Assembly (NCBI GenBank): GCA_001642005.1
Contig: LWCA01000054.1
Coordinates: 1-64,000 of the forward strand
Source: Intoshia linei
Lineage: Eukaryota; Animalia; Orthonectida
DNA length: 64,000 bases
Direction of reading: 5' to 3'
The notes under the pieces were generated by a model. The model saw nothing but the letters and a program-made list of their open reading frames with translations, did not search any database and was not told where the DNA came from. Made by a program: the position numbers and the translations under genes. Positions 1-12,369 of this stretch are shown here, one piece after another (position 1 is the first letter of the stretch; every line of letters starts with the position of its first letter).

Positions 1-647
1 CAGCAAAATCATATCGCCCGTCGTTCATTATCATCATCAACTTTGAGGGTATAATATTAAAATACTAGTCAACTCATCTTGTTATCAAACATTGAAAATA
101 GGCTTAACTGATTACAAAAATACAGAATATGCATTACTTTTATCGCTTTTCTTTTTAATAATGGCCTTGAGTGCTTCCTTTGATTCTTCATCTTCTGAAT
201 CCGATCCAAATAGGTCTAAAAAAATTAAATAATATTATGAAAAAAGTTACCCAAGTCAGAGTCATCAGAAGCCCCCTTTGGCTTTTCTTTTGCCTTTGAA
301 TCTGTAAGATTGACTTGTGGTGTAGCTACTGAAAAAACATTCTGAACAGAATTGATTGATCCGGGGAAACTAGTAATATAAAACTTATTAAAATGTAGTT
401 ACTTTTCACTGAGTAGTGCCGCAATATGATTATACCACCTCTGAACATTAACATGACCCTTTATTTTGGCTTTATCCAAAGTAACAAAAACTGATAAATC
501 ACTCGATGTAGATTTAAATCTAAAAAATGATTAAATATATTTTAACATGTATTAAAAAATTTTTTACCCATGAATATAAGTTCTTGTTGATAAATATTTG
601 TCAAAGTTGATAAACTCTTCAGGGGTATTAATTGACGTAAATTTCAT
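1..647 (-). CDS. EEF1B2: Translation elongation factor 1-beta (eEF1B-alpha), 5' part; continues beyond the window start
   Basis: Spliced translation from ATG 647: MKFTSINTPEEFINFDKYLSTRTYIHG/FKSTSSDLSVF...NVQRWYNHIAALL...DDSDL/DLFGSDSEDEESKEALK. The RWYNHI and DLFGSD motifs are typical of EF1-beta. Short GT-AG introns. Confidence 0.93.
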
Positions 648-860
648 AATTTTCTCAATTTTATATTAAGTTATATATAAATTTTATATTGTTTTTAACG
701 TGCCGTAGTGATAATATGTAGTCAAAATTATCGTATCGATAGTATTTACATGTACAATACAAATTGTACTTTATTTTTGGACCATACACATTTTTGTAAT
801 CAAAGAATTAATTTAACGTTGTAAATATTTATATTTTTTTAATTTAAGCTAGATAATATT

Positions 861-3800
861 ATGGTTTTGCCAGATCACGTAATTTTGGTTCACGATTTAC
901 CAGAAAAAGAATTATCTAAAAATCAAAAAAAGAAGATGGAGAGATATAATCGTAAACGCGAATATGTCATTTCTTTGAGGCACATTTTAAAAATATTGCT
1001 TATATAGTATTCTCTCTACATTTCGCCAGTTCGTTAGTAATCTACATTATCAACAATTTTTAGAAAATTTAAGTTTATTAATTGGACAGACATCTTAAAT
1101 TTACTAATAAAATGTAATTTTATATATGGTCAATAGTTGGTTACAGTTTCTCTATTTCGCCAAATTTTCTCATCTCAAGTCTTGACAGTGGCGAACTAGA
1201 GAAAATATTGTATTGAGTTTTATCGTGATATATCTTAAATTGGTTAACTTACATATAATTGTTAATATTTATAGGAAAAATGAGAGAGAACGGCGTAAAG
1301 TCAATTTGAAAAAACGGAAGGAAGAAAATCCTGTCGATGATTCCAAATGTCATAAAATGGAAGATTCTATCGCTAAGATTACTGTCGTAATTGATTGTTC
1401 GTATAATGACTATATGATGGAAAAACAAATCCGTTCATTGATTGTACAGCTACAGCACTGCTACGCTAGTAATCGGCGATCTGTTCAACCATTACAAGTT
1501 TATTTTAATATAATAATGATAAAATATGAGACATTTTTGTTATTTAACTTTATGACAGCAGTGAAGTAAAAAAGGTTAAGCGCAGCACTGGTTTAAATGA
1601 TTTGATTTATGAACATAAAAGTTATATTTTTAGTTATACATATCAAATTTAACTGGAAAAATGAATAAACTGATGCATGATTCTAAAGTTACCTTTGATA
1701 AATGGGATGTAAGTTTTATATCACTGAACAAGAACGGTCTTAATCAAAAATATATTATATTATAATTCAGGGTGGTCCGAAGCGTGTCCCGCGAGATAAA
1801 ATCTTGCTACCGAAAAATTGTTTTTTTTTTGGCTTCTCTCGCCATGATATAACTTGTAACATTTTTAATTAAAACACAGAAAAATGATTAATGATAAAAC
1901 CGACACGATAAATTACCCATTAATACCAATACTCCACCAATGTTTGAAGTTTTATGCTTTTTAAAGCAAAATACGGCATATTCAGATCGTTAATTAATAC
2001 AAAATTGTAATCATTAATTGTTAAGTATGTAATTTTTGTGGCCAGATTAATTAAGATTTTAAGAAGGTTGAGAACCACTATAAACTAGTTCAGCTTATTT
2101 TACCTATCTATTTAGGTAAATTATTCAAATGATCATTTCCTGGATATTTTTGAAAAGCAAGACATTATATATTTAACAAGTGACTCGGAAAATGTAATTG
2201 ACAAATTGCAAGATGGAAAATGCTATGTGATAGGCGGGCTAATTGATCGAAATAGACATAAAAATTTATGCCTCACAACAGCTCAAGATTTACAACTTTA
2301 TCATGCACGTTTACCAATTCCCTCTGATTTATTAACTACATCAACTGTTTTAACCACCAACCAAGGTTATTTTACTATTTACAATATACTATGCGAGCCA
2401 TTGTCAACGTGTGGTACGCGTTCCATTTTGTGATTCTTTTGGGAATTTTGGTGGCCCATGGTTATTTTTATGTAACACTAGCTTGAGTGTTATGTACTTA
2501 GTATAAACAGGAACTAGCACTGTCGAGGGCGGACTTTTACAATTTTACCAAAAAATAGATCCAATAATAAAATCTTCTTTCACATGGATCCGTCATATCA
2601 CATTATCTTTTCATTTAAAGTGAAATATTCCATCTTAATTTTATTGTTAATATTTGTGTAAAGAATTTTAAAAACAATTTTTAGACCCCATTTTTTTAAT
2701 TTATTAGAGAGATTGAGTACACTGTATAATCTTAAAAATAAAGTCAAAACAGTACAATCCTAAAAATTGTCATAAATAATTTAAATTCCAAAAAAAATTG
2801 TAAATACGGGTATTCAGTACATACCCTTTGCATCGATAAGAGATTTAATCGACGTGGCATACTATGAACGAGATGACATACACGACAAACTATAAAACTA
2901 TCCGGAAATGTAATACTCCTATTCAAACATCGTGTGTTGTAAGTTTCTTCTTTTTTCCTCTAGACTCTAGGCCAATGGCCAACTCTAAAGGTGACAATCA
3001 CACTTTATTAGTTTGCAATTCTAAACACTATTAAAATAATGCTATTTATTTTTATAAATATTTATTACTGGCTTAACTATACATTTCAATTAATAAATGT
3101 ATTATCTATTTTAGTTTAAAATAATTCATTATTTTAAACTGGGATTTTCTTTTGTACTCTACCAAAACCTCTCTTATATCCCAGACTAAATTAACTTTTT
3201 CATTGCAATTGTTGATAAACCACGATTCCAGGTCATCTACCGATTTGCAACATTGTTGAAATGTTATAATTCTAAAATATAGATTAAATAGTTGAATTTA
3301 AGCAGCTACTTATCGTTTTCAGGTATGGTTGATTTGGTACATTCATCCTCTTATTTTCACTGAATTGTTTTATGAATATATGATCAGATTCAGAAATTTC
3401 TTCATATATATTTTCAAATATAAAATCGATTTTGTAGGATGATTCGATATTAGAATTTTTTATTTCATTATTCCAACAATTGGAAATCGTCGTATTCGAC
3501 ACCTCTCTCCAAACCTGATTTATAGATAGCAGGGCCTCATAAACGTCTATTTTTTTATTAAATCAAAATGTCTTTCAGAATCAATATCATGTATGTTATC
3601 AAGTTCAAACAATATCTTATTTTTCGTAATGGATTTATATTTATCCTTGAATGCTTTTATTATACCTTGGTCTAAGGGTTGCAATTTCAAAAAAGGAAAT
3701 CTATGTTGGACAATTCTATTCCATAAAAATGCACTGGTGCGTTATCAAGTGTTAACAAAATTTTTCAATTTTTATTTTTGTATTTAAATTAAGTAACCAA

Positions 3801-4947
3801 TTGTTGAATATAACAGCAGTCATCCAAGCATTTCTAGAGTGAGAATATTCTACACTTAACTTTTTTAAGGTTTTTTGTTTTCCATTAAAGCATCTTGGAT
3901 TTTTAGCTTTACCAATAACCAATGGTGCTAATTTTTCTCCAGACATACTGGCACAAAATAAAATAGTTAACCTATCTTTATATTGTTTATAGCTTAAGTT
4001 AGTGTCATTATGTGCTACTAAACTTCTATTTCTGGTGCCTTTATACAGTAAACCAGTTTCATCACAATTAAATATATTGTCAGAATTATATTTTTTTAAT
4101 TTTTTTTCGTAAATAGGTTTAAAATTATCAATCAAACTTTCGGGTACGAAGCCTGACTCTCCTATCAAAAATTTTGATTTTATATTATATCTATTTCTAA
4201 AGGAATTCAGCCATTCGGTTGAGGCACAAAAATTAAATATATTAGCAGATTCGGCTAATTTCAAGGCCATTATTTTGAGACTATCGCCAGATATGGAATG
4301 ATGCATATGACGTCTACTAACAAACCATTTAAATAAAGTGCTGTCAATTACATTGGTTTTCAAAAGTTTACGTTGTCTTTTATTTCTGTTATCATCAATT
4401 TGTAAAAGTTTTTCCTTATTTGATAAGATTCTATTTATTGTACCTATCATTATTAATATTATAAAAAGCTTAAATATATTTACCTAACGAAATTTTAAAT
4501 TTAGTTGCCAGTTCCCGCTGTGAACAATGTGGATTCTGATCGTAGAAACAAATAATATCCTTTTTTTTCCTTTAAATTTAAGTCTACTCGTTTTCTTTTA
4601 TTGTTCATATTTACAATATAAAAAATAAAAAATCACGCTATAAAATGATAATATATTTGAATTGTCTTGGTATTCGAAAATATTTTTAGTTCAATGTTCA
4701 GATCGACAATGTTCAAATTAAAATTTTCTCATTGTATAGTAACCCTTAGAAAATATATCATAATTTGTTCAAAGTCGCAATGTTCGGATTATGCAGATTT
4801 GACTGTATATTAAGTAATTCTATATTAATTGTATCTTTGTATTATTTTTAATTTTTAGTTTTTGAAATACTAGTAAAAGTGGGAAATGGTGAAACCTGGT
4901 CAAATTCAATCAATACAATAATTCCTGCGAGAAAATTAAAGAAATGA
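861..4947 (+). CDS. TRMT10A: tRNA (guanine-N1) methyltransferase Trm10 homolog, 5 exons (approx. 861-979, 1275-1497, 1634-1708, 2116-2365, 4859-4947)
   Basis: Motifs LSKNQKKK, VVIDCSYNDYMMEKQIRSL..QLQHCYASNRR, YLTSDSENVI, YVIGGLIDRNRHK, ARLPI, VLTTNQVFEIL, W....NTIIPARK*. The last intron contains a transposon. Confidence 0.92.
1005..1210. mobile_element. Tc1/pogo-type MITE in TRMT10A intron 1
   Basis: Imperfect TIRs TAGTATTCTCTCTACATTTCGCCA / TGGCGAACTAGAGAAAATATTG, flanked by TA on both sides. Confidence 0.6.
2478..2800 (-). mobile_element. Non-autonomous Helitron fragment (3' end)
   Basis: A|CTAGCTTGAGTGTTATGTAC... is the reverse complement of the family 3' end (hairpin + CTAG|T). The internal part matches copies at 9.5, 16.7 and 39.9 kb. 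Confidence 0.7.
3106..4805 (-). mobile_element. Defective pogo/Tigger DNA transposon (CENP-B-like HTH + DDD transposase pseudogene, ATG 4608 to stop 3106) inside the last TRMT10A intron
   Basis: MNNKRKRVDLNLKEK..SQRELATKFKISLGTINRIL (psq HTH), IDSTLFKWF, ASTEWLNSFRNRYNI, IFNCDETGL, DRLTILFCASMSGEK, AWMT, LDNAPVH, LQPLDQGII. Several frameshifts and a deletion of the usual PPNTTS segment. One TIR, CAGTCAAATCTGC next to TA, at 4805; the other TIR was not found. Confidence 0.93.
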
Positions 4948-5160
4948 TTTTGTTTATGTGCATTAAAAGTGATTTATTTGTATGATAAAAATGTATTTGG
5001 GTCAATAATATATATGTCACTATGATTTTATAATTTTATTAAATTTTTGTAGTATCGACGTGATTTTTGCAAATAGATCGTTGTCTTGTATTTACAGAAT
5101 AATTGGATATTTTTCAAATAATTATCAATTATAGTAATAATTTACTGATATATTCATTTA

Positions 5161-8100
5161 ATGAAAATGAGCGTTATGCTATCAGATAAACAAGATTCTA
5201 TTAATATGAAAAGTGCATCTAGCGATCGTAGGTGTAGAATTGTGGAAAGTATAGTTCTTGCTGCTGTTGTAATTATATCTGTATGTGTGGTTATGATTGC
5301 ATTGCTAAACTCAATTCAATGGTAAAAATCAATACCAATTTTTGAAATTTTTAGGCATATTCAAAGGTTCTGGGGTATATCTGGAAATTTTTGGAATGGT
5401 ATTTACAAATATTTGTACGAACATTATGGAAAATTGTCACCGTTTCTATTTTTAATGTTTGGTAATGCTGTAAATGTAAAATTATTTATTTTTATAAAGG
5501 TATGGGATTGTCGAGTCATATTCCATTTATACTTTTAAATTTACCATTACTGATAATTGACGTGTTTGAATGGCCATCTTGGTTAACTTGTTACAAAATT
5601 CAACCTCATCGAAAAGTGATTTGTTTTTAAAATTAATACATTCATTGTAAAATAGTTGAATGTTCAAAGACTACCCAAATTGCTGAAACAAGTTATTTTT
5701 AATCAAATTATTGTGGCTTCGATAACTGCTTTTATATTTTGTAAATTGCAATTTTTGAGATCTCCAGGTGTTGTAACTGATGATATTCCAACTTTTCAAA
5801 GATATATTATTGATATCACTATATTTTCATTTGTTGAAGAAATTCTCTTTTACTATTTTCATAGGTATACATTTTTATTTAAATTTAACTTGACGTGTCA
5901 TTGTATTGATTCTGATTGAGTGACTTGATTTGATTAATCATTCTGTAGTGAATTTTACATCTTTGTGTTGCTCACAGTGTATGAGTTAATATTACCGTTC
6001 AATGAACAGTGTTCATTATACTATTTCTTTTAATATTTTCGGAGGGGATTGAGAAATTTTTTTGTCAAATATGTTTACCATAATCTTACAAGTAACCCTG
6101 CGGGGTAGGGGTATACAGACTATTTTTGGGATAATGACGAACCATATGGTCTATCGAGTGAAAAATTGAAAAATGTACTTAAATTTTATATTTTTGTATC
6201 TGTACAATTGGCTTATCTTTACTTTCGCTTTTTAATAGTTAATCTGATTTTAACGAGCCGATAAAGGGTACTAATAAAAAATTTTAACGGAAACGGGCAT
6301 TCAGACTACTTAGACAAGAATTTTTCCAGCTTATGAAAAGTATAATTTTCTTATTAACCCAAATTTTTACGGTGAGATTAACGTTAATGAGGAAATTCGT
6401 CGGTTAATAAGGCATTGCTAAAATTGCTAAAACTTTGTAATTTTTATTTTTATTATTTCAATTATCTCATTGTATTTAGATTGGCTCATCATCCAAGTTT
6501 ATATAAATATGTTCACAAACAACACCATGAATGGAAGGTAGTATTATATTTTAAAAAAAAAGATATATTTTTTAAAGACTTCAATTGGGTTAACATGTGT
6601 TTATGCTCATCCGATAGAACACACATTGGTTAATTTAATCCCAGTTTTGGCTGGACCTCTTCTTACAGGAGCGCACGCGTCTTCCATTTGGATTTGGCTC
6701 GTTATTACCATAATATCTACAATTATTTCTCATTGTGGGTATCATTTCCCATTTTTGCCTTCTCCTGAATCACACGATTATCATCATGTTCAGTAAATTT
6801 TACTTTCATTTATAAATAATTACAGAATTGCAATACTGTATACAAAAAAAAATTTTATTCTTGTAATATTTCGTTTTTTTCGAGGCTATGAACACTACAA
6901 TATGAATATTTTAGACTTAATAATTGTAGTGTTTATTTGGGTGACCAAAAAAAGTAAACTATAGAAATTTAAAAAGTAGTTTTGAAAATGTTAAAGAAAT
7001 TGTGTGAAACTTGCTTGTACCAGTAATCAGTAATAAAAATGATTATTATTTCTATAGTTTTACATTAACTGATCAACATGACTGATTTTTCTAAATTTGG
7101 AAAAAAATATTTTTAAATGTAGTAGAGAGAATAAGAATCTATAGCGCTATACTAAATTTCAAAGGCTTAAACTTTAATATTTCGATTTAATATTACATTA
7201 ACTTGATTGTTTTGTACTTGGTAACAAGCGCATTAGCTCTGCTGAGAGAAGACTTTTTTAATTTTATCCAAAAATAAAATCTTACTTAAAAATAAAATTA
7301 AACCGTTTTATCTATTACTAATCATTTAAAGCAGCCATTCTCAACGGGTCCACAGCAGTTTTTGGGGCCCATAAAAAATTATTTAGAGAAATAAAAAAGT
7401 AAAAATAATATTTCGGGAATGACAGCAATTATTTCTAATTAACGCCATCTAATTTAATATCTTTTTTCCATTACAACTAAATTAAATTGAATACATTAAA
7501 TACTCCATATAAACGTGAAAACAATAATTATATATCCTTTACTTATATAAAATTGAATATCTGTGTGTTACCGTATATTAAAAAAATTGAAAGTCGTAAA
7601 ATTTAATAACCCAATGTATAATACATTGTTTCCCATGGCGAGTTTATATCTATTTTTCAGTTTCCGAATTTGAGTTTTTCAGGGCCAAAACCCCAATTTT
7701 CCATTTTGCTTTCAAATACAATCAGCCCAAAAATTTAATAAAACAAAAAATTCCTGGACGCGTTTTAAAATCATTAATATTGTCGTATATCTCAAATCTC
7801 AGAAACGCATACTTTCATAGTCAAAACCACAAATTACCCTATGTTTAAAAAATGAAACATGTCCTAAAATTTTATAAAACATATATTCTAAGATAGTTTT
7901 TAAAATAATAAGCATTATAATAAATGGAAACCTCAAAAAAGTGTATTTTCAGTACCAAAACCCCAGATTGCCTTTTTTTAAAATGTAATGATGAAGTAAA
8001 TTTAGAGGTAATGATTTTCAAACGCGTCCTAGAATATATGTTTTATTTAATTTTAGGGTTCCTTTTTTTTAAAATAAAGTATAATTGAATTTTTGACCCT

Positions 8101-9110
8101 GAAGGACTCAATTTCGGGAAATAAAATTGCGATGCTGCATCACCATTAAAAAACTCTATTACCAATAGGAATTTTTTTAAATAAACGATAACACACACAC
8201 ATAACATTTTATATATGTAATGTATATTAGTTTTTTTGGGTTCACAGCTTTTTTTCAATATCATCGTAGGGTTCACAGTAAAAAAGAGTTGATAATGTCT
8301 GATTTAAAGCAGTGATTCCGATTGTGCTTTCTGAGATTTAAATAAAATATAAAAAATTTTTATCAATTTTGTTTATAAATAATTTTTCATATATATTAGA
8401 GTTTTCGATGTATTAATTTATCCTAAACTCTTGACGACCGCGACATTATAATCCCACTTTTATCCCACCATTAATAAAATTTAAATTTAAATAAAAAATA
8501 TAATTTCAAACCTTCAGGAAAAAATCGACTTAAACCTAAATAAAAAATTCAATTTTACCAACCCTTAATGGAAAAATTCTTTTTTTCCAATATTTTTTTG
8601 AAACCACGATTTTACTAAATCTTATGAGAAAAACGTTTAATTTTGTCATAAATGTTTAATATTTCATGTCCTTGGGGTCCAAAAATAATAAATTTTTTCA
8701 AATGGAGGTCCGTACATTATTTGAATCGGGAACTACTGATTTAAAGGAATGGTTCCCAACGTGTGAAGAAAATTTTTTATTTTTAAATTCTTGGACTATT
8801 AACTATATCAAATTTGTTGTTTTCTGTTAATGAAATAATTTCACAAAAAAAGTGTAAATTGTTTTTTTAACCATGAAGGCTTAACTTTGTTAAATTTAAA
8901 CTTTTTATGGATGTGTATGTTCATATTTATAGTTTTTCTTTTAAATTTACGTTTTAACTTAGATTCAACAATAATTTTGGTGTATTGGGTATATTAGATA
9001 AATTACATGGTACAGATATCCATTTTAAAAACTCGGATACTTACCAATATCACTATGTTAGCATGTGCTTAAAACCATTTGATCGAAAAGACTATAACAA
9101 ATCGTTGTAA
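5161..9110 (+). CDS. FAXDC2: Fatty acid hydroxylase domain-containing protein 2 (sterol desaturase/hydroxylase family), about 7 exons
   Basis: NSIQW/HIQRFWGISGNFW, YKIQP, EEILFYYFHR/LAHHPSLYKYVHKQHHEWK, YAHPIEH, SHCGYHFPFLPSPESHDYHH, FNNNFGVLGILDKLHGTD. The histidine boxes are intact. Confidence 0.92.
7332..8301. mobile_element. hAT-type MITE A, itself containing Helitron pieces (approx. 7535-8225)
   Basis: TIRs CAGCCATTCTCAAC / GTTGATAATGTCTG. 8-bp TSD ATTTAAAG at 7324-7331 and 8302-8309. Confidence 0.8.
8310..8738. mobile_element. hAT-type MITE B
   Basis: TIRs CAGTGATTCCGATT / AATCGGGAACTACTG. TSD ATTTAAAG at 8302-8309 and 8739-8746. The internal sequence recurs at ~16380-16660, ~26240-26745 and ~29580-29720. 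Confidence 0.8.
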
Positions 9111-9467
9111 TTGTATTGTAAATTATAAATTGTAAACATACATATTAAACCAAACTTTTACGGTTGATTTATTTTTGTAATCCAACAGAACAAAAAATGG
9201 ACACAAAACTGTGTTCAGTTAGGTTTATTAATAACACAGTCCAAGACAAAAAAAAACAAGGACGATGAATACATCATCTTGTTCGTCTCAATAAGCTGAT
9301 CAACGTGATGCCAATATTGTTTTTCAATCACGTGCAGATTTTTAAATTGAGGTTAAAGTTGCAAAAATGCCCAAAACAGGAGGTTTTCTTAGTCATTTTG
9401 AACACAATTAGAAACGTCAACTATGTATTATATACTGCACAATACATAGCTAACATATTATACTATA

Positions 9468-10621
9468 CTAGCTTGATTGTTATATACTATGTACATACAG
9501 CATTTAGCTCTGCCGAGAGCACATTTTTATAATACCAAAAAAATAAATTCATGTTGAAAATCTAACTTGAAAATCCTACTATTCACTATTATCAATCCTT
9601 TAAAAGAGTGGTTATCTCATTTTTTTAATTTATTAGACAGAATGTGTGTATAATATTAAAAATGAAATAAAAACAGTCCAATCTCAAAAATTGTCATAAA
9701 TAGCATAAATTCCAGAAAAAATTAAATTATAAAAACATATTTTGTTTGAAAAAAATTGCAAAGGAATGAATTATATAGATTTTCACCCATGTCTTTATTG
9801 GAAATGTGTAGACGTACAATGCACATTTTTTTTAAATTGTAGGATCAATATTTACATTTTCAATTTTTGATTTTAATCGAAATGTTTGAAAAATATTGAT
9901 TGATAATATATTAAAAATTATTTTTCACTTGGAATGCTTAGATTTCTGGGATTGATTTTGTATTTATATTAGCTGAAATAAGCTCTATCAGAATAATTTT
10001 TTTTTTAATTTTCGGACCGCTAATTATTTCACATTTATTGTTTTAATAAAATAGTTCGGAAAAAAAATATATGAATACTAAAATGCTTTTTTGACCGTGA
10101 AGTCGTCACTTATTCAAATTGAAATTTTTTATGTGTGTTAACATAATACAACTCTACCACCTGTAAATTTTTTGAAATTCTAGAGCTGTTTGAAAAAAAA
10201 AGGGAATTTGTGGTTTTGGCCTTGAAGATATAATTTTTTTAAATTTAAATTTATGATAATGTTTATGATTTTAAAATCCGTATCAGCGTATATATTTTTT
10301 TAAATTCTCGAACTCGTTTGATTTTCAAAAAAAAGACAATTGGGATATATATTTTTTTAAATTCTCCAACTCGTTTGATTTTCAAAAAGAGGGACAATCA
10401 TTTTTTTAAATTCTCTAACTAGTTTGATTTTCAAAAAGAGGGACAACATGGTTTTTGATTCGTAAGATGTGAAATTGGGAGGTTGAAATATATCTTATTA
10501 TACGTCTCGTAAAAAACTGTAATTTAAATGTGGCTTTAAAAAAATCTAAGAGTGGTAGTTATTTTAATAAAGTGAACAGACACACAAACAAAAATCGCGT
10601 AGCCTTTTATATAAGTTAGGA
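9468..10621 (-). mobile_element. Full-length non-autonomous Helitron (~1.15 kb)
   Basis: On the minus strand it starts A|TCCTAACTTATATAAAAGG...GTTTGTGTGTCTG and ends ...TGTACATAGTATA-TAACAATCAAG-CTAG|T. It has TC/CTAG termini, a subterminal hairpin, an A|T insertion site and no TSD. Confidence 0.82.
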
Positions 10622-11199
10622 TTTTATTTAATCAAAAATATTAAGATTATAGAAACAGCAATACAACTTTTAAACGCAAGGTTAAATTGCAATAAAATGT
10701 AAATTGTAATACAAATTATAAAATTGATTAAAAAATGTAATTAAAATCTATTTTATCAAAAAATTAATTTTGTATTAAAAAATAAATTTACTAAATAGTA
10801 AATTAGTAAATAGAATATAAAGAAAATTTTTTGTAAGCGTAATATACATATTCCCTTTTTTTAAATAAATGTATTATCCATCTGCGTTATTAAACATTTA
10901 AGTGTTCTGTTACAATTTAGAAGCATTTTAAATTTCAACGTGATATAAAAGTTAAGTAGATAAATTTTCAAATTTTACGATTTCATCATAAAATCGAAAT
11001 TAATTTTGAAATTGTATTTTAAAATTTATATAAATGAGCGAGTAAGAGAATTGGCTAATAGTGTAGCGAATACTGTATTTTAAAAATAAGCAATATTTAA
11101 TACATCTATTTCCATTTAAAATATAAAAAAATTTTCAATGTTAAGTCAAGCCTTGATGTTCAAAAAACTAAGTTTCAGAATTCAAAAAAAGATTGCATT

Positions 11200-11561
11200 T
11201 ACATGTTAAGGTGTTAATAGTTTTTTCCGTTAAGTTTCCATGTGAAGTTAAGGCTTCATGTCCAAAAAAGCAATTGACGGTTTACTCTTTTTATTGAGAA
11301 ATTATTTCATTAACAACAACAAAAAATTTAGTATTTAAAAATTTAATAAAAAAAGAAAAACAAAAATTTGATACAATGAATGGATCCAGAATTTAAAAAT
11401 AAAAAATTATCCTTACACTTTATGAAACCATTCATTTAAAAGATTTGCAATAGTGAATAGTATCATTTTTGTGTAAGATTTTATTTTTTTGGTATAATTA
11501 AAACAGTCTGCTCTAGCAGATCTAGGTGCTGCTTGTACAAAGTACAAAACAGTCAAGTTGA
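11200..11561 (+). mobile_element. Helitron-family fragment (3' end); shows the uninterrupted site corresponding to the 7324-8746 insertions
   Basis: The reverse complement matches 7200-7330 joined to 8747-8890. Confidence 0.65.
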
Positions 11562-12369
11562 TTTATTATAAAATTATATTTTTTTCAATAATTTTTTACT
11601 ATTGGTCATAATTCTGAGGACTGCAGCTCATCAGTCCTTAAAAACGGGACGCCACTGATCATCAACCAATATTTTTCAAATTTTTAAAATTAAATTTAAA
11701 ATCAAAATGTAAATATAAATATTTATTTTACAATTTCAATAAAAATAATAGTAAAATTTTGAGATTTATTTCAAAGTAAACCAATTGAAAAAAATAAAAA
11801 AATTTAAACTGTGTTTGTTTCAATTGATTTAAGAAAGTTAACTGTATAGAGTTTTCAAAACGTCAATTTCGAATACAGTTTTTAATGGAAAATGAGGTTA
11901 AAACACCCATTATCCATATTATTTTTTTAAATTAAAACCAAAACCAGAATTATAAAAAATACACAATATGATAAAAATTTTACCTTTTTAAATTTATTTG
12001 CAACTGTTGTCTATGTTTCTTAAAAAAACATTATTATCTCTCAATACCTCCATTGAATGTTGCTCTAACAAACGAAGTGACCGAACGTGGAATACACAGA
12101 GTCCAATACCATCGTGAAAGAGCGTCAGTCAAGGATATTGATGATTAATTATTACATTACAGTGTTAATCATCTTAAAAATTATAATAAATTTAAGTCTT
12201 TATTTATCAATTTAAATGTTATTTTAAATTTTAATTAACATTATATGAATTGTAAATAACAATTTTAACAATTTAAAATTTACAGGATTTTATTAACGAT
12301 TTAATTTCTCAAATTCTGGCAATTTACATTATTTAAATTGTATTTAATGTATATAATTTAGCAAAAATC

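Noticed and set aside
2800-3100. Expected second TIR of the Tigger element
   Set aside because: No CAGTCAAATC match was found; this end appears deleted, so the left boundary is given at the transposase stop.
10985-11082. KLILKLYFKIYINERVRELANS, faintly like a P-element transposase C-terminus
   Set aside because: Too short and too AT-biased to support, and no TIRs were found.
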